Assembly (NCBI GenBank): GCA_902590895.1
Contig: CACIYM010000001.1
Span: forward strand, 4,477 to 68,476
From: an uncultured Alphaproteobacteria bacterium
Lineage (GTDB): Bacteria > Pseudomonadota > Alphaproteobacteria > Methylaequorales > Methylaequoraceae
DNA length: 64,000 nt
Reading direction: 5' to 3'
Positions 45,849 through 55,002 of this stretch are shown here, in pieces. Position 1 is the first letter of the stretch; the number at the start of each line of letters is the position of its first letter. The position numbers and the translations under genes were made by a program. The notes below the pieces were generated by a model. It saw only the letters and a list, made by a program, of their open reading frames with translations, was not told the DNA's origin and did not search any database.

Positions 45849-47321
45849 ATGAAAATAAGTTTTACAAATAAAATATCAGAAACAGACCATCCAGTGTTAA
45901 TTGTTTCGGAAAAAATTCAAAAAACTACCTTCTCATTAAGTCATTTTAATAAAGATATGACAAATGTTTTTCAGTATTATATCAAAGATAAAAAAAATTC
46001 TTCTTCTACATTTAAAACACTATCTTACCGAAACCAAAATAAAGTTTCTTACTTTACGATAGCAAAATGTAAAGTAAAAATTGACACATCTTCAAAACTT
46101 CATTTTTCAGGTCAATTGTTTTCATATCTTGAGAAACAAAAAATCGATAATGTTTTAATTTTTTTATGTGAAGATAAAGACTTCGAACTAGACGACTATA
46201 TTAATGACATAGTTTGCGGTTTTTCTTTAAAAGATTACAGATTTGAAAAATATAAGACTATATCAAACAAAGATCATAAAATCTCTAGTTTAAAAATAGC
46301 TAATAAAGTAAATCCTTCACAAAAAAAAAATTTAGAAAATAAAATTAATTCATTAGAGGGTGTTTTCCTTACTAGAGACCTTGTTTCAGAGCCAGCAAAT
46401 GTACTTTATCCAGAGAAATTTGTTGATTATTGCAACAAGTTAAAAAAAGTAGGTGTGAAAATCGAAGTTTTTGACGAAAAAAAATTAAAAGCAATTGGCA
46501 TGAACGCCCTACTGGGCGTGGCTCAAGGGTCCGTAAGGCCAGCAAGAGTGATGATTTTTAAATGGACCGGTGATAAAGCATCTAAGACTCAACCTCTCGC
46601 TTTCATCGGAAAAGGCGTAACTTTTGATACCGGTGGAATTTCAATTAAACCTTCCGGAGGCATGGAAGATATGAAATGGGATATGGGAGGTGCAGGTGTT
46701 GTTGCTGGTTTAATGTATACACTTGGTCTGAGAAAGGCTAAGGTAAATGTTGTAGGAGCAGTAGGTTTGGTTGAAAATATGCCTGACGGGAACGCGCAAC
46801 GCCCTGGCGACATTGTAAAATCTCTTTCTGGTCAGACAATCGAAGTTTTAAATACTGATGCCGAGGGTAGGTTGGTACTTGCAGACGTGTTATGGTACAT
46901 AAAAGAAAAATTTAACCCGAGATTTATGATTGATTTAGCAACTTTAACTGGTGCAATCATTGTTGCTCTAGGTGACAGATATGGCGGATTATTTTCTAAC
47001 GATGATGATCTAGCTGAAAAGTTATATGAATCATCAAAAAAAACAAAGGAACTACTTTGGAGACTCCCAATAGATGAAGATTTTGATAAACTTTTAAACT
47101 GTTCAGTTGCTGACATGAAAAACATCACTGGTACAAGAGGGGCAGGTAGTATCACTGCTGCTCAATTTCTAAAAAGGTTTGTTGGAGACACTAGCTGGGC
47201 GCATCTAGACATAGCTGGAGTAACGTGGTCAAAAAAAGGCACAAGTTTTGCTCGCCCTGGCGGAACAGGTTTTGGTGTGAGACTATTAGATGAATTTATA
47301 AAAAATTATTATGAAAGATAA
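45849..47321 (+). CDS. pepA: leucyl aminopeptidase (M17)
   Basis: Has the NTDAEGRLVLAD signature, VTFDTGGISIKP and HLDIAG. Confidence 0.95.
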   Translation: MKISFTNKISETDHPVLIVSEKIQKTTFSLSHFNKDMTNVFQYYIKDKKNSSSTFKTLSYRNQNKVSYFTIAKCKVKIDTSSKLHFSGQLFSYLEKQKIDNVLIFLCEDKDFELDDYINDIVCGFSLKDYRFEKYKTISNKDHKISSLKIANKVNPSQKKNLENKINSLEGVFLTRDLVSEPANVLYPEKFVDYCNKLKKVGVKIEVFDEKKLKAIGMNALLGVAQGSVRPARVMIFKWTGDKASKTQPLAFIGKGVTFDTGGISIKPSGGMEDMKWDMGGAGVVAGLMYTLGLRKAKVNVVGAVGLVENMPDGNAQRPGDIVKSLSGQTIEVLNTDAEGRLVLADVLWYIKEKFNPRFMIDLATLTGAIIVALGDRYGGLFSNDDDLAEKLYESSKKTKELLWRLPIDEDFDKLLNCSVADMKNITGTRGAGSITAAQFLKRFVGDTSWAHLDIAGVTWSKKGTSFARPGGTGFGVRLLDEFIKNYYER

Positions 47322-47784
47322 ATTTCAAACAAAACCAGAGGTTTTTTTGTATTTCATCAAATCAGATTTTAAAGAAATTTTATTGAGATTGTGTAATAAG
47401 ATTCTAGAGGAGTGTGAAAATTGTTTAATTAATTTAGAAAGTGACTCAGATTTAACTGAAGTTGATAAATATTTATGGGTTAAGGATAGGGATAACTTTG
47501 TACCACATAAAATTTTTGATGAGAATATGAGCGAGTTAGATAATCTAGTTTTGTTTAAAGGGTCTTATGAGAAGATGAGAAGTTTTGGAAAATTTAAAAA
47601 ATTAATAGTTGCTCCAAAAGTAAAAATAACAAAATTTAAATTTTTTAGTAGATTCATGTTGTTCTCAGATACAACTCTAACAAAAGATATTTTAAAAAAT
47701 CTCAAAGAAAAATTAACTAAATATGAAATAAAATACAAAATTTTTTATGAGTACGGTAATTTTAAATGGAAATTAGTTAATTAA
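47311..47784 (+). CDS. holC: DNA polymerase III chi subunit
   Basis: 157 aa directly after pepA (11-nt overlap). The N-terminal half is chi-like (VFLYFIKSD...DKYLWV...FVPHKIF). Confidence 0.7.
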   Translation: MKDKFQTKPEVFLYFIKSDFKEILLRLCNKILEECENCLINLESDSDLTEVDKYLWVKDRDNFVPHKIFDENMSELDNLVLFKGSYEKMRSFGKFKKLIVAPKVKITKFKFFSRFMLFSDTTLTKDILKNLKEKLTKYEIKYKIFYEYGNFKWKLVN

Positions 47785-47798
47785 AAAAGGAGTCAAAT

Positions 47799-48218
47799 AT
47801 GGATCTCACATTATCAATAATTAAACCAGATGCAGTTAAAAGAAACATAACAGGAGAAATAAATTCATTGATAGAAAAGAATGACATGAAAATAGTCGCT
47901 CAAAAAATGATTCATCTTTCCATTGATGATGCAAAAAGATTTTACGGAGTTCACAAAGATAGAGCTTTTTTCAATGATTTATGCGAATACATGATCTCTT
48001 ATCCAATAGTTGTTCAAGTTTTAATGGGTAAAGATGTTGTATCTAGATACAGAAAATTGATGGGCGCAACTAACCCTGCTAATGCAGATGATAACACAAT
48101 TAGGAAGCTATACGGGTTAAGCGTTGAAGAAAACTCTGTGCATGGGTCTGATAGTAGTGAAAATGCTGAAATAGAAATAAATTTTTTCTTTGCTGAAAGA
48201 GAAGTATATAAATCCTAA
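47799..48218 (+). CDS. ndk: nucleoside diphosphate kinase
   Basis: Has LSIIKPDAV and the active-site NSVHGSDS. Confidence 0.95.
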   Translation: MDLTLSIIKPDAVKRNITGEINSLIEKNDMKIVAQKMIHLSIDDAKRFYGVHKDRAFFNDLCEYMISYPIVVQVLMGKDVVSRYRKLMGATNPANADDNTIRKLYGLSVEENSVHGSDSSENAEIEINFFFAEREVYKS

Positions 48219-48328
48219 CCTACCTTATCAAAAAAAACCATAAAACTGCTAAAAGTACTGTTACTATCACACATGACCAAATAGTGAACTTGATAAACCT
48301 AGCGAAAAAATTTTCGTGAGATTTTGAG

Positions 48329-48916
48329 TTATGTTTTTCCATTAAAACATTTCCTTTCGAATTCTTTTATGACTTTTATATACAACCCATGCTCTTTTTT
48401 CAATATCTTTTTTCCCAGAGTTTCTTCATTATCATTACTCAAAACTGGTACTCTTTCCTGACTAATTATTTCTCCAGTATCTATACCTTCGTCAACAAAA
48501 TGAACTGAACAACCTGCAGTTTTTACCTTATTTTCTAAAGCCTGTTTTACAGCATTTTTCCCTCTAAAACTGGGAAGTAAGGATGGATGAATATTTATTA
48601 CCTTTTTGTTCCAATCCTTTAAAAAATTTTTACTTAGTATACTCATGAAACCTGCTAAACACACAAGTTCTACGTCTTCATTTTTTAGAGTATTCGAAAG
48701 AGCATTTTCAAAATCTTTTTTTGATTCGTACTCTTTTTGGTTTATGATTTTTGTTTTGATATTTTTTCTTTTAGCTTTATCAATTCCATTAGAGTTTTTA
48801 TTATTTGAAATAACAATTTTTATCTTAGAGTTGATAAGTCCTCTTTGAGAGGCGTTAACTAAATTTAGCATATTAGAACCTCTTCCTGATATTAAAATTC
48901 CTAAATTAAGTCCCAT
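48329..48916 (-). CDS. purN: phosphoribosylglycinamide formyltransferase PurN
   Basis: Has ISGRGSN and NIHPSLLPSFRG plus a DEGIDTG region. Overlaps purM by 16 nt. Confidence 0.9.
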   Translation of the reverse strand: MGLNLGILISGRGSNMLNLVNASQRGLINSKIKIVISNNKNSNGIDKAKRKNIKTKIINQKEYESKKDFENALSNTLKNEDVELVCLAGFMSILSKNFLKDWNKKVINIHPSLLPSFRGKNAVKQALENKVKTAGCSVHFVDEGIDTGEIISQERVPVLSNDNEETLGKKILKKEHGLYIKVIKEFERKCFNGKT

Positions 48917-49962
48917 TGTCCAAATTTTTTTATGAAAACTGTTTGTTGTTTCTTTTTCTTTTTTGAAATTTTACCAATGATATACGAATTGATACCTTTT
49001 TTTTTAAAAAAATCCATGATTTTTTTTGATTCATTTGTATCTATAGCTAAGATTAATCCAATTCCACAATTAAAAGTTTTAAGCATTTCGATTGAATTAA
49101 TTTGTCCAACTTCTTTTAACCACAAAAATTTTTCAGGAATAGAAAATCTTTCAGTATTAATCTCAGCAAAAAAATTTTTAGGTACAATTCTTTCTAAATT
49201 TTCAAAAATCCCTCCTCCTGTAATATGTGCAATAGCTGAAATTTTTTTCTTTTTTATTAGAGGTAAAACATATCTTACGTATATTTTTGTTGGCTCGATC
49301 AAATCTTCACCCAAATTATGTTTTGAGGATTTATAAGGTGTTTTAGTTTTTAATGAAACTTTTTTTTCTTTTATAATTTTTCTGATTAAGGAGTAACCGT
49401 TAGAGTGAAAACCATTGGATTCTAGCCCTATAAGAATAGAATTTTCTTTAACATTTTCTTTTTTTAAAATATTTTTTCTTTCGACGACACCCACTGAGAA
49501 ACCGGCTAAATCAAATTCATCTTTTCTATATAACCCTGGCATTTCAGCGGTTTCTCCACCTACAAGAGAGCAACCAGCTTCTTTGCAAGCTAAATTAATG
49601 CTGGTAATTAATTGTAAGAATTGATTTTTTTTAATTTTTGAGGAAGCAATGTAGTCCAAAAAAAAAAGTGGTTCTCCTCCGTTAGCAAGAAGATCATTTA
49701 CACACATAGCTACTAAATCAAAACCGAGAAAATTTAGATCTTTTTGATCAATTGCAAGTTTAAGTTTTGTACCCACACCATCTGTGCAACTTAATAGAAT
49801 TGGGTCAATATAATTTAATTTTTTTAAATCAAACATTGATGAAAAGCCACCTGGATTTTTAATAATTTCTTTCCTTGTATTTTTTCTTGTAATTGACTCT
49901 AATTTTTTTACTAAAAGGGAAGTTTTTTTTGTATCTACGCCTGATGATTTATAAGTTGAAAT
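48901..49962 (-). CDS. purM: phosphoribosylformylglycinamidine cyclo-ligase PurM (5' end extended beyond the track's ATG; probable non-canonical start)
   Basis: The track ORF starts at 49836 (MFDLKK...DGVGTKLKLA). The same frame stays open upstream and encodes the conserved PurM N-terminus (STYKSSGVDTKKTSLLVKKLESITRKNTRKEIIKNPGGFSS). No ATG, GTG or TTG occurs before the in-frame TAA at 50014-50016. ATT codons at 49962-49960 and 49965-49963 follow a GGAG. The gene call is firm; the start is uncertain. Confidence 0.85.
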   Translation of the reverse strand: MSTYKSSGVDTKKTSLLVKKLESITRKNTRKEIIKNPGGFSSMFDLKKLNYIDPILLSCTDGVGTKLKLAIDQKDLNFLGFDLVAMCVNDLLANGGEPLFFLDYIASSKIKKNQFLQLITSINLACKEAGCSLVGGETAEMPGLYRKDEFDLAGFSVGVVERKNILKKENVKENSILIGLESNGFHSNGYSLIRKIIKEKKVSLKTKTPYKSSKHNLGEDLIEPTKIYVRYVLPLIKKKKISAIAHITGGGIFENLERIVPKNFFAEINTERFSIPEKFLWLKEVGQINSIEMLKTFNCGIGLILAIDTNESKKIMDFFKKKGINSYIIGKISKKKKKQQTVFIKKFGQWDLI

Positions 49963-50040
49963 AATTCGTCTCCATTTTGTTTGATGTTTTTTAAAAATTA
50001 ATGATATAAACTTTTAGTGTTAATAAAATAAAATAATACC

Positions 50041-51135
50041 TTGTTTAAATTTATAATTATCATATTCACTATTTTTACTAATACTGCAAATTCTTTTGCT
50101 AGTGATAATATTTATCTTATAGAAGATAACGAAATATATCTTGAAAACAATGGAAATGTATTGGAACTCAGAGAGAATGCTAAAGAAATATCATTTCAAA
50201 ATGCATTTAATATTTTATCTAGAAAGATTTTAGATCCTAGTGATATTTTACAATTTGAACAACTTCAAGATATTGAAGTCTCAAATTTAGTAAAAGATTA
50301 TCAGATTCAATCTGAGAAGATTAACGACGTTAAATATTTTGCTAATATATCGGTAAATTTTAACAAGAAAAAAGTAAAAGATTTTTTTTTAAATAATAAC
50401 ATTATAATTAATGTTTTGATCTCTGAGGAGTATCTCGTTTTTCCTCTTTTTAATAAATTTCATACCTTCTATTTATGGGAGAAAGATAATTTTTGGTATG
50501 ACAGTCTCATCCAAGAATATGATGAGCAAAGTTTATTAAAACTATTTTTCCCCGAAAAAAGTCACTTAAATAAATTTAAAATTACACCAGTGGATTTGGT
50601 TGGAGAGAATTATTCTAAAATTCAACAATTTTTGGATTTTTATAAAAAAAAAAAAGCTTTAATTCTCTACCTTAAAGAAGATTTTGATGGTGACAATAAT
50701 AAATTTAAATTAAATTTTGTTGCTAAATTATTTTTTAATTCTTCTTTTAAAGAAATAGATTTATTAAAAAATGAAATAACTTATGATAATTCTGATTATT
50801 CGCGTGTAGAACTAATCGCAAAAGAAGTTGTGACAGAATTGGAGAATTGGTGGAAAAATAAAATTGATGATTTTGAAATTACGACAGATAACAAATTTGA
50901 GTTTGATATTCTCATAAAAACTGATGATCTCAAGAAAGTATTGTATATTGAAAAAACTTTAAAAAATATTTTAAATGAAAATGATTTGAATATTAAAGAA
51001 ATTAATAAAGACTACGTAATTTATAATAGTTTTAGTAGCTTCAGTGTTGAAAGATTAAATTTAGCTTTGGAATCGAAAAATTTAAAATTAACAAAAAGTA
51101 ATGATGAAAATATCTTTATAATAAACTATTATTAA
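50041..51135 (+). CDS. secreted protein of unknown function (possibly DUF2066-like by position between purM and hda)
   Basis: TTG start. Has a signal peptide (FKFIIIIFTIFTNTANSFA) and is 364 aa long. Its stop overlaps the hda ATG (TAATG). Confidence 0.5.
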   Translation: MFKFIIIIFTIFTNTANSFASDNIYLIEDNEIYLENNGNVLELRENAKEISFQNAFNILSRKILDPSDILQFEQLQDIEVSNLVKDYQIQSEKINDVKYFANISVNFNKKKVKDFFLNNNIIINVLISEEYLVFPLFNKFHTFYLWEKDNFWYDSLIQEYDEQSLLKLFFPEKSHLNKFKITPVDLVGENYSKIQQFLDFYKKKKALILYLKEDFDGDNNKFKLNFVAKLFFNSSFKEIDLLKNEITYDNSDYSRVELIAKEVVTELENWWKNKIDDFEITTDNKFEFDILIKTDDLKKVLYIEKTLKNILNENDLNIKEINKDYVIYNSFSSFSVERLNLALESKNLKLTKSNDENIFIINYY

Positions 51136-51800
51136 TGAAGCAGAATATTCTTAATTTTAAATTTTCACAAAATAGAGATTTTTTTATTTCGCCAAAGAAT
51201 GAAATTGCATTTAATATGGTCCAAAAGTGGCCCAATTGGAACTCTCAGTTAATTTACATTTACGGTCCAGATAAATGTGGAAAAACGTTGATTAGTAGTC
51301 TTTGGAAAAAAAAATCTAAAGCAATTCTTTTGGATGACATTAAATTAAACGGATTTATAAAAAATAACATAGACATCGAAGATATAAAAAACCAAAACTG
51401 GATTATTGATGATATTGAATATTTTATAAAAAAAGGATATGACGAAAAAATACTAAATCTTATAAATATTACACTTTCTGTAAAAGATTCATTTATATTA
51501 ATAACCTCAAAAATCCCTCCTAAATTTTTGTGCACTCAAATTGCCGACCTATTGTCGCGATTATCAAGCTCTTTAGTGATAGAAGTTTTTCAACCAGATA
51601 ACGAACTTTTGTCTAGAATAATTAAAAAATACTTGAATGAAAGATCAATTTCAATTAATAAAAAAAGTCTAGATTATATAATATTACGTATTGAACGTTC
51701 CTACGAAAAAGCGTTAGAAGTAGCAAAAAAAATTGATAAGCAATCACTTGAATCACATGCTAAAATAAATTATAAATTCCTAAAAAAATTAATTGATTAA
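51135..51800 (+). CDS. hda: DnaA-related regulatory inactivator Hda/HdaA
   Basis: 221 aa with Walker A IYGPDKCGKTLIS. The DnaA domain III-like end is LLSRLSSSLVIEVFQPDNELLSRIIKK...SLDYIILRIERSYE. Confidence 0.8.
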   Translation: MKQNILNFKFSQNRDFFISPKNEIAFNMVQKWPNWNSQLIYIYGPDKCGKTLISSLWKKKSKAILLDDIKLNGFIKNNIDIEDIKNQNWIIDDIEYFIKKGYDEKILNLINITLSVKDSFILITSKIPPKFLCTQIADLLSRLSSSLVIEVFQPDNELLSRIIKKYLNERSISINKKSLDYIILRIERSYEKALEVAKKIDKQSLESHAKINYKFLKKLID

Positions 51801-52616
51801 AATTTTTGTTAATTCTTTTTTAAAAGAATAAAATTCAACGCTTTCTAAAATTAACTTTTTATCTTTTGTATCTACCTTTTTTTTACAAAGTAATTTAACA
51901 TTTTGGTCAGTCATAATTTTTTTTACAGGTTTGTCTTTTTCTTTTGCTAATTCTTCCCTAATAAAACAAACTTGTTTTAATTTGTTGATTTCATAATTTT
52001 TTATTTCATTAATTTTTAATTTTTTCCAAGCATTTTTTGGCTTTTTTTTGTAAATTTCTTCATCAAGAAGTTTTTTATGACTTCTCATTATATTAATATT
52101 TTCTGTGATATTAATTTTTTCTGAAATTTTTAAAAATAATTTGGGCAAATATTTTACATCATTAATTGCATACAAAATTTTTTCTTTTTCTAATGGTCGT
52201 TTTCTCCAATCAATAAATTGATTTGTTTTATCAACTTTAATATTCAATAAATTTTTGCAAGCGTCAGCATAACCAAGAGATTCTGAAAATCCAATTTCTG
52301 ACAGACAAAGCTGAATATCAATTATATTTTCTGGAATTTTTCCAAATAAATTAAATAAAATTTCAATATCTTGATATGCAGCATGAAAAACTTTTAAGAT
52401 ATCTTTATTAAAAAATATTTTTTTTACCAGAGAAAAGTCGATTTTTTTGCTTAATGGATCTATGATGATTGCACTATTCTTATTAGATAATTGTATTAAG
52501 CACAATTTTGGATAATAAGTACTAACTCTGTAAAACTCTGTATCTATTCCTATTATTTTATCCTTTTGACTTTTTAAAAAGAATTGTTTTAATTGATCAT
52601 AATTATAAACTAGCAC
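51789..52616 (-). CDS. rnd: ribonuclease D-like 3'-5' exonuclease (short form)
   Basis: Has DEDDy motifs (IGIDTEF, HAAYQDIE, YAINDVKYL). At 275 aa there is room for at most one HRDC-like region. Confidence 0.75.
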   Translation of the reverse strand: MLVYNYDQLKQFFLKSQKDKIIGIDTEFYRVSTYYPKLCLIQLSNKNSAIIIDPLSKKIDFSLVKKIFFNKDILKVFHAAYQDIEILFNLFGKIPENIIDIQLCLSEIGFSESLGYADACKNLLNIKVDKTNQFIDWRKRPLEKEKILYAINDVKYLPKLFLKISEKINITENINIMRSHKKLLDEEIYKKKPKNAWKKLKINEIKNYEINKLKQVCFIREELAKEKDKPVKKIMTDQNVKLLCKKKVDTKDKKLILESVEFYSFKKELTKILIN

Positions 52617-52655
52617 TTTTAATAAGTATCATTAAAATAATTTAACATCAATGTC

Positions 52656-54440
52656 ATGAATTTATACAGGTCTCATAATTGCGGTGAATTAAATGTAAAC
52701 CATATTGATAAAGATGTATATATTTCTGGTTGGGTGAATAAAAAAAGAGACCATGGTGGTCTCTTGTTTATTGATTTAAGAGATGAATATGGAATAACTC
52801 AATGTGTTGTAAATTCTGATAATTCAAAATTTAAAATTTTAGAAACTCTCAAACTCGAAAGCGTAATTAAAATCTCGGGTAAGGTCATAAGAAGATCAGA
52901 TGATACTATTAACAAAAGTTTACCAACTGGTGAGATTGAAGTTTTGTCTGCGAATATCGAAATATTAAGTGAATCTGATCAAATACCATTTCAGGTTGCA
53001 GTTCACGACGATTCTCCAGAAGATTTGAGACTTAAATACAGATATCTTGATTTAAGAAGAGAAAAAAATCATAAAAATATAATTCTTAGATCAAAGATAA
53101 TTAACAGTATAAGACAAAAAATGATAAATAGAGGTTTTCTTGAAATCCAAACCCCTATACTTACAGCATCTTCTCCTGAAGGAGCAAGAGATTATTTAGT
53201 TCCGAGTAGGTTACACAAAGGAAAGTTTTATGCCCTACCTCAAGCACCTCAAATTTTTAAACAATTATTGATGATAGCTAACTTCGATAAATATTTTCAA
53301 ATAGCTCCCTGTTTCCGTGATGAAGATGCTAGAGCTGATAGATCACCTGGAGAGTTTTATCAGCTAGATTTTGAAATGGCTTTTGTTGAACAAAATGATA
53401 TTTTCCAAACAATTGAACCTGTTTTATTTGAAATTTTCTCAGAAAATTCAAAAAGTTTAGTATCAAAACCACCTTTTAAGATTATTAAATATAAAGATTC
53501 AATTAGTTTGTATGGAACAGATAAGCCTGATTTAAGGAACCCTTTAATTATAATTGACGCAACAAAATGTTTTACAAAATCAGGTTTTAAAATTTTTGAA
53601 GAAAATATTGAGAAGGGCTTTGTTGTAAAAGCAATTAAAACCCAGGGTTCAAGCACGAAGCCTAGAGGCTGGTTTGACAAGTTAAACAACTGGGCTAGAG
53701 ATGAAGGACAGAAAGGTTTGGGCTACATAATTTTTGAAAATAATGAGTTCAAGGGACCGATTGCAAATAATTTGAAAGAAGACAATTTGAAAACCCTTAA
53801 GGATTTGTTAGACTTAGAAAATGGAGATTCAATCTTCTTCATTTGTGATGAAGAAAATAATGCTTCTAAATTTGCATCAATTGCAAGAACAAAACTGTGT
53901 AATGAGTTAGATCTTTTAGAAAAAAATATATTCAAATTTTGTTGGATTGTTGATTTTCCAATGTTTGAATTAGATCCACAAACTAAAAAAATAGATTTTA
54001 GTCATAACCCCTTCTCAATGCCTCAAGGAGGTATGGACTCTTTGGTTAACAAAGATCCACTAGAGATTTTAGCATGGCAATTTGACATAGTATGTAATGG
54101 TGTAGAATTGTCGTCGGGTGCTATAAGAAACCATAAGTTGGATATAATGATTAAAGCATTTGAGATTGCAGGTTATTCTAAAGATGATTTAAGAGAACGG
54201 TTTGGTTCCTTATCTGAAGCTTTTAAGTTTGGGGCACCACCTCATGGTGGCTCGGCGCCAGGTATAGATAGAATTATAATGTTAATAGCGGAAGAGGAAA
54301 ATCTAAGAGAGGTAGTTGCTTTCCCGATGAATCAACAAGCAGAGGATTTGATGATGAGATCCCCAAACTTTGTTTCTGAGAACTCTCTTGATGAATTGGG
54401 TATAAATTTAAAGCCTGATAAAAAGAAAAAGCTTACTTAA
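52656..54440 (+). CDS. aspS: aspartyl-tRNA synthetase
   Basis: 594 aa. Has an OB-fold N-terminus ([19 protein letters not shown]) and class II motifs ([19 protein letters not shown]). Confidence 0.95.
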   Translation: MNLYRSHNCGELNVNHIDKDVYISGWVNKKRDHGGLLFIDLRDEYGITQCVVNSDNSKFKILETLKLESVIKISGKVIRRSDDTINKSLPTGEIEVLSANIEILSESDQIPFQVAVHDDSPEDLRLKYRYLDLRREKNHKNIILRSKIINSIRQKMINRGFLEIQTPILTASSPEGARDYLVPSRLHKGKFYALPQAPQIFKQLLMIANFDKYFQIAPCFRDEDARADRSPGEFYQLDFEMAFVEQNDIFQTIEPVLFEIFSENSKSLVSKPPFKIIKYKDSISLYGTDKPDLRNPLIIIDATKCFTKSGFKIFEENIEKGFVVKAIKTQGSSTKPRGWFDKLNNWARDEGQKGLGYIIFENNEFKGPIANNLKEDNLKTLKDLLDLENGDSIFFICDEENNASKFASIARTKLCNELDLLEKNIFKFCWIVDFPMFELDPQTKKIDFSHNPFSMPQGGMDSLVNKDPLEILAWQFDIVCNGVELSSGAIRNHKLDIMIKAFEIAGYSKDDLRERFGSLSEAFKFGAPPHGGSAPGIDRIIMLIAEEENLREVVAFPMNQQAEDLMMRSPNFVSENSLDELGINLKPDKKKKLT

Positions 54441-54600
54441 TTTTTTGCTCTTTAAAAACTACGTGCTTTCTTACCTTTGGGTCATATTTTTTAAGCTCGA
54501 GTTTTTCAGACTTGGATTTAGGATTTTTATTTTTGACATAAAAAAAACCTGTGTTAGCTGAACTGACAAGTTTAATTTGAATTGTGTTAGATTTAGCCAT
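54433..54600 (-). CDS. rpmG: 50S ribosomal protein L33
   Basis: Not in the ORF track (55 aa). My own translation from the ATG at 54600 is [55 protein letters not shown], which matches the L33 pattern. It overlaps the aspS 3' end convergently by 8 nt. Confidence 0.9.
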   Translation of the reverse strand: MAKSNTIQIKLVSSANTGFFYVKNKNPKSKSEKLELKKYDPKVRKHVVFKEQKIK

Positions 54601-54636
54601 TATTTTGTTATAATAAATATCAAAAGACTGTCAAGT

Positions 54637-55002
54637 CTAACTTTTTTTATCATTTAAAAAAATTTGTACTGCAATAAAAGCACCCTTGACTTTAGGTAGA
54701 AGCCAGAGAGAAGCAACTACTGTTAAAATAGGCCAAAATATCATTTGAAAAATAATTGAAGGACTGAAATTTTTTTCAACAATTAGAATTAATGGAATTA
54801 ATAAATGTCCAACAAGAAAAATTGTACAATATGCTGGACCATCATCCGATTTATAATTGGAAAACTTTAAACCACATGTACTACAATTTTCAAAAGTCTT
54901 TATATAACTTAGAAAAATTGGAGATTTTCCACAGTTGGGACATTTTTTTGAAAAACCTCTTTTTAATTGATTGAATTTAGAATTTTTCATTTTTTTCAAC
55001 AA
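54637..55002 (-). CDS. DUF983-family zinc-ribbon membrane protein
   Basis: Has CPNCG...CSTCG followed by two TM helices. Its position between rnr and rpmG is typical of Alphaproteobacteria. Confidence 0.7.
   Translation of the reverse strand: MLKKMKNSKFNQLKRGFSKKCPNCGKSPIFLSYIKTFENCSTCGLKFSNYKSDDGPAYCTIFLVGHLLIPLILIVEKNFSPSIIFQMIFWPILTVVASLWLLPKVKGAFIAVQIFLNDKKS

Noticed and set aside
48219-48328. The 110-bp convergent spacer between ndk and purN, examined for a terminator, a small RNA or a small hydrophobic peptide (frame ...IWSCVIVTVLLAVLWFFLIR).
   Set aside because: There is no stem-loop with a U-tract. The hydrophobic frame has no ATG or SD; its only option is an internal GTG giving 16 aa. 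I recognise no conserved RNA motif.
49949-49975. An out-of-frame ATG with an 8-codon uORF (METNYFNL-stop) overlapping the purM 5' region, considered as a programmed +1 frameshift site.
   Set aside because: There is no slippery sequence comparable to the prfB CUU-UGA-C site. The P-site codon UUA cannot re-pair in the +1 frame. ATT initiation or a 1-nt sequence error are simpler explanations.
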